This document shows positions 35,174 to 46,291 of a stretch of DNA of 46,291 nucleotides, one piece after another (position 1 is the first letter of the stretch; each line of letters starts with the position of its first letter). A model generated the notes under the pieces. It was given only the letters and a program-made list of their open reading frames with translations. It ran no database searches and was not told where the DNA came from. Both the position numbers and the translations under genes were made by a program. Source of the stretch: Paraglomus brasilianum. Taxonomy: Eukaryota. Where the stretch lies: contig CAJVPI010000173.1 of assembly GCA_910592345.1 (NCBI GenBank), forward strand, positions 1 through 46,291, given 5' to 3'.

Positions 35174-37959
35174 TGGTTGCTTTGCTGGCAAGTCTATTTA
35201 CGACGTGTTGACGCTATGTTGTTTCTATTGTCATAAATTAGGTAGTATATGGATAGACTTTGAAATAAATGAGGTTTGTCCTCAATGCTCTGCTTGATAA
35301 CTAAACCTCGACGAATTTTTGCATAATAGTCGGAACGTGCACACCCGTAACGAGTCTTATATAGATATATATATATAAATGTACTTTAATTTATACGCAT
35401 TGTATATCAATACGAGATCCATGGGCCTAGACCTTCCGAAATTCCTAGATGCACAATCGGTCAATCTAATAACAAGTTTGTTTGGTCAACGAGCATCTTG
35501 TTAAATACAACTGTACCGCGTTGGTTTGAAGCATATTATTGAGGGGTGTCATATCCATTATAAAATCAGGAATATCAGTTTTGATCGTATTCAATGGCAG
35601 GTTGTGGTATGTATTCATTAAATGAAATATAGATAATGTTCATAAACTTTGCCCCAGTGATTTACCTTCCAAATATTCTATCGTACAATCTCAATGTTCC
35701 CTGACACCGGATTAGTGTTCACTATTAATCTATATATTTTCTCACTAACTCGTTTAAGCAAATATCGGAAATTTTATGTGCTAGCTATTAATTTGATTAT
35801 CAAGGCAAACTGCATAGTTACATAATGAAGGAAGACGAGTTTCAAACAGATTAAATTCATGGCCTTGGTGTTAAGGGTTGACTGTATAAAAAAACATAAT
35901 ATAAAACAAGCTAACACATTAACAATCTGTAATAATATGTGAATAATATTAGAAAGCAACTTTAGGAACCCACTTTTTTGTTCATTCATACACATTTCTC
36001 CAATAAATGCTTGTACACCGATGTCTGAGTTTTTTGTTAGCACCCCCTATAATTAGTGAATTAGAGTAAGTTATTGGTTCTACTTTCACAATAATAAGCT
36101 TTTTTTTTTTATCTTTCGTATATTTTCAATTTTGTCTTACGATCCGCCGTCTGAGGGATTATTACGAGATCTGCGACAACTCTGCTGGTTGTATATACTA
36201 TTAATGATTAGAACTCAACCGGTAAGGCGTAGAGTATAGACATATTTGGGGGGAAAAGGAGTTGATAGATATCATATGGTAACGAAAAGCTTCTTGTTAT
36301 TTTCGAACATGGAAGAACGGATATATTAATAATGGAAATAGAAATGTAAAAGTCATGAATATCACTTTCTGTTGATTATTAGCAAAACATATGAAAGCCT
36401 TTCTGCTAGCCTTTCTTACGTAAGCAGCCGTGATTGATAGGTTATACTAGTAATAATCTCGAAAAGCTATAACCAATGCTTTTGTCAGCCTAATATTCCT
36501 GATGGATAATCTACACAATGAACTGACGCAATGATATGAGTCACTCCATATAAAAGCCAACACACGTATTCTCTATAAATGGTTTTGAATCGTTTCCTCT
36601 TCTTGCTTGCACATTAAAATGGAAATCCGAAAACTCGATGTCATATTACATTATAAAACTTTGACAGTAACAATATGTTTATTAGAATAAATTGCCGGCG
36701 TCTTCTACCTGATTTGTGCGTGATGAAAATCGATCGTACAATTACGGCTACCAAACGTGTGGTTAATAATCTGCTTCGCATTTATATAGACAAATCTAAG
36801 CAGGATTACAATTAGTTGTTTGACTTATGAAGGGAAGGCGTAATGATAATGATTAAGAGGGGGGGGGGGAATCTAATCGATGATGAATCTTGACAAAATT
36901 GTAATTTAAGTCTCAGGTGTTAATATGATCACATCTTCGGAAAAGATTTAATATAATAACTATAACAATTATTAATGTATATGAGATTAAATGGATAAAC
37001 AATCGGCCCAATAGCTTTAATTTTTTAGGTGCTACAGGTTCTCAACTGACGCTTATTCTAATCAAACTTGTGTTGCTGCGTCTAATAATAGCTTCTCACG
37101 CGCTCAATGCACTGAAAGTCTTGTTAGCAATATAGACCAGTAATGCACTTTATTTATGGCTTCAAACAACAAGGTCAACACTTTCCACAATTAAAGAACA
37201 CACCGTTGTACGAGTACATATAACTTTCTGCATCACTTCATATGGGACTTTTATTTCTATACCAACGTTTGGCTTGTGTTTCCGCTTATACGTGTTTGTT
37301 GTAGTTTACACATTCTGTAGCATTAAAGAAACTGATATACGCGATTATAACTATAATGACAAAAAAGTTGATTCTGTGAGACAAAAGTTGACAACTACAT
37401 GGATCCGGACTTCCAGATCTAAACTTTTATTTAGACATGCAAGTTATCTTTTGTATTAAGTTCGATTGATAGAACTAATGATTATTATGAAAGATGCTAG
37501 ACTGTGCAGAATACCGAACATTCCCATTCGATCGTATTTATTATCCGAACAATCGAGTCTTTACAAAATCAGGTCCCAAATTGCTAAGGATTGTTCAGAT
37601 GCATTCCACGTGTGCTATTGGTCAAAGTATGAAACTATTGTGGTTACCATTGCCATTGCCAATAATGGATCTGGTAGGTACAGCAATTAAATTATGCAAG
37701 CGTTAAGAAACGATCGGCTCATGTGAGAACCCAATGCATTGACTAATTTTGGTTAGGTTTACATTTGTGAACATTAATTTCAACAGGCCAATCAAAATGG
37801 GCGTGTTACTTTGTAACAAGTGACAATGTGCTCGGTCAAACGGCTTATATTAGCTAATCTACAATGCATTAAGAGCTTATTATGTGAGTATATAGAGATA
37901 TGGACAAATTATGAATACTGGACTATACTGGTTTTGACGTTCAAGATACCTAAAAAAGA

Positions 37960-38290
37960 TCACTGGCCTCTTCACATTAATTCAGGGATTCATATTCGAA
38001 TGCCCATTCAAGTAATGCTTCCATTATCTACATACCTTCCTACACCTTCTAGACACATCCATTCCTTCACCGTTGTTGAGAACCATGACTGATTCAAGCC
38101 ACTTACTCCGTTTAATGATTTCAAAAAACGCTTACATGTGGAATCAAAGATCACGAGCGCTTAACTGCCAAAAATGTTAATGAATGAAAACATAAGCGAA
38201 AGGGTTCTGAAGGAACTGTCAAAAAGATATCGTTATTTACATCAGTACGTTTGCCGAAACTATTTTATTTACTGTGTTCGGAGTTGATGC
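37960..38290 (+). pseudogene. Possible decayed HMG-box gene
   Basis: One frame reads IHIRMPIQVMLPLS...HD*FKPLTPFNDFKKRLH...SA*LPKMLMNENISERVLKELSKRYRYLHQYVCRNY, with two in-frame stops and loose HMG helix1/helix3 patterns. Confidence 0.3.
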
Positions 38291-39639
38291 TCCTGGTCGA
38301 AAAATTCCGAGGCAAACCCTGTCTAGATCAAGATAAGAAACAATGACAATGTTGGATAGGGAGAACGAAAATAAAGAAAGGTAAATTAGTAACACGTGGT
38401 AGATTCGTAAGTGTTATTTATTTATGACTTTGTGAGCAAAGACTTTTCTAATTGGCTAACGCTAACATATTCAGGCAGATTTGTATACCGTTGCTGTGGC
38501 TGAGCATAAACGGCTGATTCGGTTCAAATTAAGAAATAAATTATGAATTGCACACGCAGGGACTTTAAAGTATGTAACTCTTTTTGCAAATTTTCGGCAC
38601 ATGTTTATACACAATAAATGTGTGTACAGATTTTATTCTTTGGACATAAAATCAGGAATTTTTCATAGTCGATTACCTTTTGGAAATGTCGTAGAAAGGG
38701 TACTCTAATCTTTTCGTGACTTGTCTGATCGTGACTTACTACGGCAAGGCAAACAATAGGAGATCTCTTGATTATGATTACATTGATCCGCAAATAAAGT
38801 CTGGCTATGCACATCTGCCTATAATATTGTCTATTCTGAACTGACATATGTTAATCTAAGTTCAATATAGATTACATACTTTATCCTTCTAGCATAGTAC
38901 GGTGAATAAAAAAAAAAGAGAAAGAAAAGAAAAGAAAAGAAAAGAAGATTCGACCCCTCTACGGTCACATGCGTGTAACCCTAATGATTAATAATTAGGC
39001 GTTACTATTATGTTTAAACGGTCAGGTAGTTGTAAACATTAGTTTCACAACATTAAAAAAAAAAAAAAAGAAGATTCCTGATAAGTATGACGCGGATAAT
39101 ATTTCACTGATAAGTTTAATTTCAATTGGATCGCTCAAACTTAAACAAGATTTAGCCAAAAAGGAAAAAAGAAAAAGAAAAGCTGATATACTTTTAAAGA
39201 AACATAACTCTAGCACATCTTGTCAGCTTTCCATCGTTGTATGTAGGCCAACCATTCATTAGAGTAGCACGATGCAGACATTGCCTTTAATAATTTGCGT
39301 AAATATTTGAATTCGACAACTCTGAAAAAATTCTTAACTTTATCTTCGCAAAGTAATCTATTATCATCATTATTTTTGACATCATTACTTAAAACTTGCA
39401 ATTCGGTGATACATCACATGACTTTTCTCTAGGCAGCCACCCCGTTTTAGAATACCGGCCACTATCCAAACTTCCAGGCTACTAAAAACGCAAGTCAGTT
39501 CGCGTTCAAATTGTTGAGGAAGGAGATTATATTAGTTCGGACGTCCGGTAATTATTTCAATCGACCCGTCGGTAAATATATTGGCTTATTCATAATTATA
39601 TATGCCAAGTTACGGTTAGCTTACATGCGTTTTAATCCG

Positions 39640-39759
39640 TAATATCGACTTGTGAGTTTTATATCAGATATTATTTAGTAAACAAATTCTGTTCCAGAGA
39701 AAAGGTCCGTTTTATTGACGGTCCGTTATAACGATGGTCCGTTATATCGACTTTCACTG
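39640..39759. mobile_element. Solo end of a pogo-type TIR element
   Basis: Repeated GGTCCGTTATA motifs ending in TATATCGACTTTCACTG. Confidence 0.45.
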
Positions 39760-40283
39760 TGTATTCTGTAGTCTAAATCTCGGGACTTAATATTAATACT
39801 AAGATGCACACGCCCTATACAGTTAAAAGCTCGATATGGTAAAGTCAGTTGGACAGTGTCTTTGTTCATCATATCGGGAAAAGTTGTTTTTACGCCGGAG
39901 AATTCTTCCGATCTTCACTGTGTCACTACATCGAGCTTTGACTGCATTCTGTATGTGTAGTGGATTTTGACTGTATAAGTAATTTCGCTGCTGAGGTTTA
40001 GTCATAATCGATGAGAGCAAATTTTATCAAAAATTAATATAATACATGCCTAACGTTCAAAGAAAACATTCTGATAATTACTACATGCCTATACGATTAG
40101 TTATTAACTCTTTAAGATATATGTAAAATAGTCCACTATTTTTTGAGTTGTATACTGAAACTCAAAACAGCATCGCTGGTACTGTCTGTATTAAACAATT
40201 AAGAGTTACGCAACACATCTCATAAAAATGTGTGACAGATTTTTTACGAAGTTGGGCGAGCGAGCGAAAGGATGTCAATAGTA

Positions 40284-40590
40284 TTAATGCAGTTTATGAA
40301 AGATAAAGAAATGGTTGTTCTGGAAAATTATACACAGTTTGGTTGAGTGCTTCCCGAACATTCTCTTCGTTGCATATTCCTGGGTTATTGTTGAAATGCC
40401 GGATGGGAGTACCATCGGGGTGTCATCCCAGATGGTGTTATTTACATCGTCCTCGAAGTCATCCCATGTAACAACAGACTCTGGCATGCAGGCATATGTA
40501 GAGTTCGTGGTTCCAGTACTTTTGGCTCTGTTAATGTAGCCAAGAGAAGGTGGGCAGAGCTTGAGAAAGTCAGATTCGCTGAGAAGAGCT
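40284..40590 (-). pseudogene. Exon-like gene fragment of unknown family
   Basis: A polypyrimidine-CAG acceptor near 40590 precedes LLSESDFLKLCPPSL...MPESVVTWDDFEDDVN. Flanking frames contain stops. Confidence 0.25.
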
Positions 40591-41529
40591 GCAAAAAAAA
40601 ACAAAAAAAACAACCCCCCCAGCATTATTTCGTGTACAAGAACTCCATAGGAAGCGTTGGAGATGAAAATTGCAATGAACATCACTCTATCTACGTTCTC
40701 TATACACAACTTAGATGATTCTGCAAACGGTGAAGAGATGAATGAAATGTGCTATGTGTCCTATGCTTGTGGCGCATATAATGGCATTCGAACTACCCAC
40801 ACCAAACTAAACAACGCATCATATTTCTCAGCGCGTGTTATAACAGCAGCTGAGCTATCTCCCCCTCGAACTATTCTCTCTTTGCTGCCCCTCTACAACT
40901 ATAATGTTTCTTGTCTCCTCCAGTCCAACTTTGAAACGAATGTTCAAACACATTGAATGCCATTAGTGGCATGAATAAAGGATGTGGATATGGTCTGGTA
41001 GATAAAAAAATATCACTCACCAGTAGTGGCAGCTGGACGGATGAAGGCGAATGAGCCCATAGACACAACGAAAAGAGAATGTCAGTGAGCAGTCATAGCA
41101 GAGACAAGAGACATGTTTGGTATAGTGTTGAGTAGCGGGGAAAGCAAATCGGATGTGAAGTAATGTGAACAAGCATTAGTTAACTTCGCAATAAGCATTT
41201 CGTATTATAAACCTAACCATTGCTACGACTCTGCAACCCCAACGCATGTCGTAATGCATTTCAACTATCCTCCCAATAAACGCGTATTCATTGCTTGCTT
41301 ACCTGGTTGCTTCAAGTATGCCTTAATGATGTCATTATCCGTGGCATTTCTGTTCTTCCTTACATATGAACCGATAAACGAATCAGGAATATCGTCAAGA
41401 ACGTGTGCGCGTTTATATCTTGCTGCGCTCCATGAGCACATCGCGTTATGGAACAATTGCAAGCATCAAATCAGATTGTCCGATTGTTGCCCCTGTGATT
41501 GATGTTTGAAACGGTTTGGCGGTTTTTGG

Positions 41530-41662
41530 CCGTTATAACGAGAGACCGGTATATAATTCAGCCGTTATAAGGGGTGAGATTAATATATAATCTTTCGGTG
41601 CAGCGAAAAATTGGACCGGTATAAGGCGAAACTGGTATAAAAAAGGCCGGACAGAGTTACTG
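41530..41662. mobile_element. Degenerate MITE remnant
   Basis: Clustered CCGTTATAA / CCGGTATAA motifs like the subterminal repeats of the other TA-type elements here. Confidence 0.4.
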
Positions 41663-42530
41663 AACCTCTCGACGTATTTACTGCATTTGATCATTCCTCC
41701 TGATCAGATCACGGGAAATTTTGATGCAACACACACATACTAAAGCCTGTACACTTATCAATCACATGACATTTACCCAATAAAATTCTGACATCATAAT
41801 GCTTTATTTTGAAAATTATCGACACTTCAAATTCTGGGTCAAAATCGTCCCTGTGTAAGAGCAAAAACTTTAATGTTGGACTCGGAAATTAATTGAACAT
41901 CACATACTTACCTATATAATGGATCGAACTAACTTCCTCCCATGCATTTTCGGGGATTCTTCTGTGTGATTTATGTTTTCTAGCAACATATTCCACTAAC
42001 TTACTTGTAACTCCGTGTCTATACAAATCCATATATCGCCACGTTTTTTTTTGTGTGCGGCTTTTCTTTTAGTAGGTCGAGGCATAGTAGAATGTTACAG
42101 AAATAAATGGCAAACTTATATTATCGCTTTATTGGATAATGTAATGTTGTACAAACTGGACGCGAAATTTTCATTTTTCCTTAAGAAAACTGTTGCTTTT
42201 CAAATGCCTAAAACTCGAAACTTTTTTAGTTGATTAAAAATTTTAAACCGTAACTTTTATCTGCTTCGTCTGCTCTATCATCTTACGGATTAGTCTTTCT
42301 CTAAACCCTCTAATATAACTGGGGCAATACACGAACCAAAACGGGGTTAATGATGTAAAATACTTATTATTATATAATACCTTATTAAGGGATATTTAAA
42401 ATAGATTAGTCCGAAAAAAGGGTATTATATGCGGGGTTTGAAAATTGGGTATTTTATTTCGGGTCCTGCACCATATATTCTGTCTCAATTGTCACACAAT
42501 ATAATAAGTTCTAACCATACTCTAATTTAA

Positions 42531-42854
42531 GACGAAAATCGATTTTGCGTTTTCGAATAATTATCGAAATTTAAATCATACTTAATATTCTGTGTCAATT
42601 TTTGGTATACACCTCGACAGTAGTTATGGTCAACAAACATGTAAGTTATATGAGCATTGGATGCTTGGTTGTTGCGCTATTCCGGATTATGACAAAAATC
42701 AATTTTGCGTCTTTGGAAGAATCAAGCGAATCGGAATATCGAAATTTAAATCGTACTTAATATTCTGTGTCAATTTTTAGTACACACCTCGACAACGGTT
42801 ATATGTAAATTTCATGAACATATGATTCTTGGTTGTTGAGAAGATCGATTTTGC
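42531..42854 (+). repeat. Imperfect tandem duplication, ~160-bp unit
   Basis: GAC(G/A)AAAATC(G/A)ATTTTGCGT...TATCGAAATTTAAATC(A/G)TACTTAATATTCTGTGTCAATTTTT...CACCTCGACA...CTTGGTTGTTG starts at both 42531 and 42691. Confidence 0.9.
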
Positions 42855-42865
42855 CAATCTGTAGA

Positions 42866-42980
42866 TGTTGTGCCTCAGTTGGGACCTGTCTCAGTTCGGA
42901 ACCCAGTCACTCAGTCCAGAATTCAGTTATCTCAGTCCAGAACCCAGTTGTCTCAGTTCAGAACTGAGACAGGTACAACA
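42866..42980. mobile_element. Ginger-like MITE, 115 bp, with 4-bp target-site duplication
   Basis: TAGA|TGTTGTGCCT ... AGGTACAACA|TAGA, with internal CTCAGT(T/C)C repeats. Confidence 0.75.
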
Positions 42981-43808
42981 TAGATATGGCTTTTGCAATC
43001 ATTTATTTTCTAGATATATTGTTTTGATTTGGAGTTTTGTGATCGTTTACTTTAAGAATAAGACGATACAATTCTTATATAATACATACTGTATACAAGT
43101 GAAACTCGATAAGACGAAGGTCGGGGGCAGAGCCAATTTATTTGGCTTATCCAGATTTTCGCTTTATCAAATTTCGCACTAAATCGAATATATATATATG
43201 TACATATGTATATATATTTGCACAAATTTTCGACTTACAATTCAACAGCATAAACTTTGTTAATTAATGGTAAAACGAAAGAATACTTGTTTGCTGTAAC
43301 GTATTCTGATGTTTAGTCTCAATTATTCTCTTTAATTTTCTTAAGTTAGATAAGAAAGTAATATCAACGTCGAGTTTGTCACAATATTGACTAACATATA
43401 AAGCAAAGAATTGACGTGCTCGAGAGCTGATTTATGAGAAATGGATTCGGCTATTGGAAAGTCCTCCGACTCCGATAATTCTCTTTCTATTGTTGCAATA
43501 ATCGACTCAGTTGTCGGCATAGTACAGAGACGGAATCTTCCAAATTAACAAATTCTGCCACTTCTATTCTAGCGTCTTGAGTATCGATAGGAAATTGATT
43601 AATTAGGTAGGATACCCGTTTTTTGCCAAGCGTGTGTTATTGTCTCGGTGGTTACTTGGTCCCATGCGATTCCAATAAATTCGATAGCTTCACGAATATT
43701 GGTTTGAGGAATGGCCGAAAGAGACCGGTTTGAGCAATAGCATTATCATACTTTTGAATTCGATCAATACAATAAAGTTTTTGATATTGGCTTTTGAAAC
43801 TATAAATA

Positions 43809-45327
43809 CCGTATCCTTCCGAATTTAAGCACCACCCGAATTTAAGCACCACCTGGACTTTAGGCGGAAAAACTTGAAAACCAAAAATAAGCACCACCCA
43901 AAATTTATGCAAAAAAATGGTTTATTATATTTTTTATTCTAATTCTTCCTCTTCTAATTTATCAGCTGAATCACTATCTATATCTACAATTTCCCTTTCA
44001 TTTTCATCAATTTCCTCCTCCATTTGTCCAAATAAATCGTCTTCTGATCCATCCATTGCATTACTAATACCACACTTTTTAAATGACTTTATAATCATCT
44101 CTTTCGGAATTTCCGCCCAAGCCTCAAGAATCCATTTACAAATAACATTATATTCTGGCTTTCTTAAATTTCCACCTTTGGTATAAGTAAACTGACCTGA
44201 ACTCATCCAAATATTCCATTTTTCTCGAAGTCTATCTTTAAATGACTTATTTATACAAACATCAAGTGGTTGGACAATAGAAGTAAGACCGCCGGGAATA
44301 ATTGCCAAATCAGTTTTATCACTTAGTGCAATATTTTTAATAGAATCTGTTTATGGCCTTCAAAACTATCCATAACAAGAATTCTTTTTTTTTTTTTTTG
44401 ATTTCCTCCGGGTCTATTTTTCCATACCTTATTAAACCAGACTTTCATTCTGGATTCATCCATCCATCCTTTTGGATGCATTAATACAATAATTTTAGGA
44501 GGTAAATTCTTTGGAATTTTCTTACCTTTAAAAATAACAATTGGCAATAACTTTGTACCATCTGCAAGAACTGTAAGAACACATGTAAAGCGATTTTTTT
44601 TTCATTTCCAGTTGTTCAGACTTGCACAGTCTTCGCACCACGTTTCTCAATAGTTAAACTTCCAACCATATAAAAAAAAATAGGGGTTTCATCCATGTTT
44701 CCTATTTCAGAAAGTTCATATTCAAATTGTTTTCGCTTTTTAATAATAAACCGCTGAAATTCTAAAAGTTTGTCAGTAATATGAGCAGGAAGCTTTTGAC
44801 TGATCTTTGTTTTACGTCGTAAAGAAAACCCATGTCTTTTGAGAAAACTATAAAACCAACACTCTGAAGCAAGAAAATTTTTACTATCCAGATAAATGTG
44901 AGCAAACTGCTTTGTCAAACCATTTTAGAGGTTACAGCAATACCATCTTTTCGAAATTCTATAAGCCACGTTTTTAAACTAGCTTCAGCTTCGGGATATT
45001 TTTCCTTTCTTCCTGAACCAATACGCCGATTTTTCCCTTTAGCTAACTTGAGTTTTTCTTCTATTTTTCCCCAACGAGAAATCATTGAATGATCAATATT
45101 AAAATGACGAGCAGCTACTCTTATACCATAAAGTTCTGCATATTGCAAAACTTTAAGCTTTTCAGCAGCAGAATATGATGAGCGTTGAATTTTTGGCATT
45201 GCGTAAAGAAAAGATGCGGAGTAAGGGGTATGGCGTACAAAAAAAATCTTCCGAATTTAAGCACCACTAGGAATTTTGTCCCGATTTTCCCCTAAAAAAA
45301 GTGGTGCTTAAATTCGGAAGGATACGG
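43809..45327 (-). mobile_element. pogo-family (POGK-like) DNA transposon, 1519 bp
   Basis: Perfect 27-bp TIRs CCGTATCCTTCCGAATTTAAGCACCAC, TA on the left and TG on the right, with extra internal copies of GAATTTAAGCACCAC near both ends. Confidence 0.95.
43934..45199 (-). pseudogene. Frameshifted pogo transposase (Brinker-type DBD, CENP-B HTH, DDE_1)
   Basis: Four consecutive ORF pieces: RSSYSAAEKLKVLQYAE..VAARHFNIDHSMISRW; FLASECWFYSFLKRHGFSLRRKT..NMDETP; GWMDE..LVMDSFEGH; IPGGLTSIVQPLDVCINKSFKD..SFKKCGISNAMDGSEDD. Confidence 0.93.
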
Positions 45328-46291
45328 TGTTACACGGCTGAAAATGTGCCGTACAATTAGGAGGTAAAAAATGTAATGTTCGACAACGTGGTATCATCAT
45401 TAATTTTGTGCGAGGAGGCGTTGTCTAATGTTTCGACGTGATTTGCGCATAATTTCATTAAGTTTACAAAGCCAGTGATTGAAAATTGAAGTCTGCATCC
45501 ATGTTGTCGAATTCCAATAATAATGAACTGCCAGAGTGTCTTTGTCAATTCCATAGAGTGGTCATGGATGTTGATATCAACAGAGGTTTCAATTTCTCTC
45601 CTGTAGCACTTACGGTAAACATTAGCGTACGCGATCTTTTGCCTTCTTTCGTCCTATTACAGGGCCGTGCGCTAGCGTTTTAACAGAATCCAGACGATAA
45701 AAAAGTGCAGTTTCATCACAATTGAAAATGTTTTCAACTGGATATGATTGAATAAGTTGTTGCAGTCGTAAGTTTATTAGTTGTTTTCCATAGTATTTAT
45801 TCGATCCTATAAGTATTATTCCACTGTAAGAGTTATTCCATTATTCCGTTGGAGCCTTTGACCAAATCCTATAGTGGAAAAGGTGCAGAAACTATTTGAA
45901 CTTTGGTTGTTTATATATCTAAATTGCTACTGCGGTATATAGCTATTCTAAAGTCTAAATGGTCCATAATTATTGCTAAAATTATCAGCAGACCTGTGAC
46001 TGTAAGCCACACAAGCCACATGTAAGAAAAAATTTTTTTTTATTTTTGTTATTTGTTGTTGATTATGGACTTGCTCCTTGACTCATTTATAAAGTTAGTC
46101 AGTCCATCTTTTATCTTCATATTCACCAGTGATTTCCATCTTAACTTTTCTCTGATTAATTTATTGTCCGAGTTTGTTTCCTCATGAACCCTGTGGATTA
46201 GATATGGTGCATGATGTCGTGCCGACTACTGCGGGAGAGCAGAAAGTAATCGACACTTGGGATTTAACTAGTCTCGACGGAGCGTGGCTGC

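Noticed and set aside
38908..39070. (GAAAA)n and poly-A tracts as retroelement tails
   Set aside because: No adjacent reverse-transcriptase remnants or target-site duplications were recognised.

Overview
AT-rich, intron-containing eukaryotic DNA. It is most consistent with an early-diverging fungus, probably Glomeromycota-like; this is inferred from the gene families and short GT-AG introns with CTAAC-type branch points. The first ~35 kb is a dense cluster of about ten HMG-box (MATA_HMG-like) transcription-factor genes, plus the 5' end of an eleventh at the window edge and two possible decayed copies. Only two housekeeping genes interrupt it: a short-chain dehydrogenase and a 7-exon RluA-family pseudouridine synthase. 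One HMG gene (2373-3836) is canonical. The others are strongly divergent and form recognisable subfamilies: (i) four + strand genes in A-B-A-B order, each with a C-terminal CxxC motif followed by a phase-1 intron; (ii) three - strand genes with a P-x-C-x4-C-x-L insertion inside the HMG box and an upstream Cys/His motif, a candidate zinc-binding HMG box; (iii) a - strand pair with an Asn/Tyr/Cys/His-rich N-terminal domain. From ~28 kb onward the DNA is rich in non-autonomous TIR elements (pogo-type with TA target duplication, and a Ginger-like TGT..ACA element) and holds a frameshifted pogo-family transposon. All family calls rest on motif recognition by eye, not database searches.
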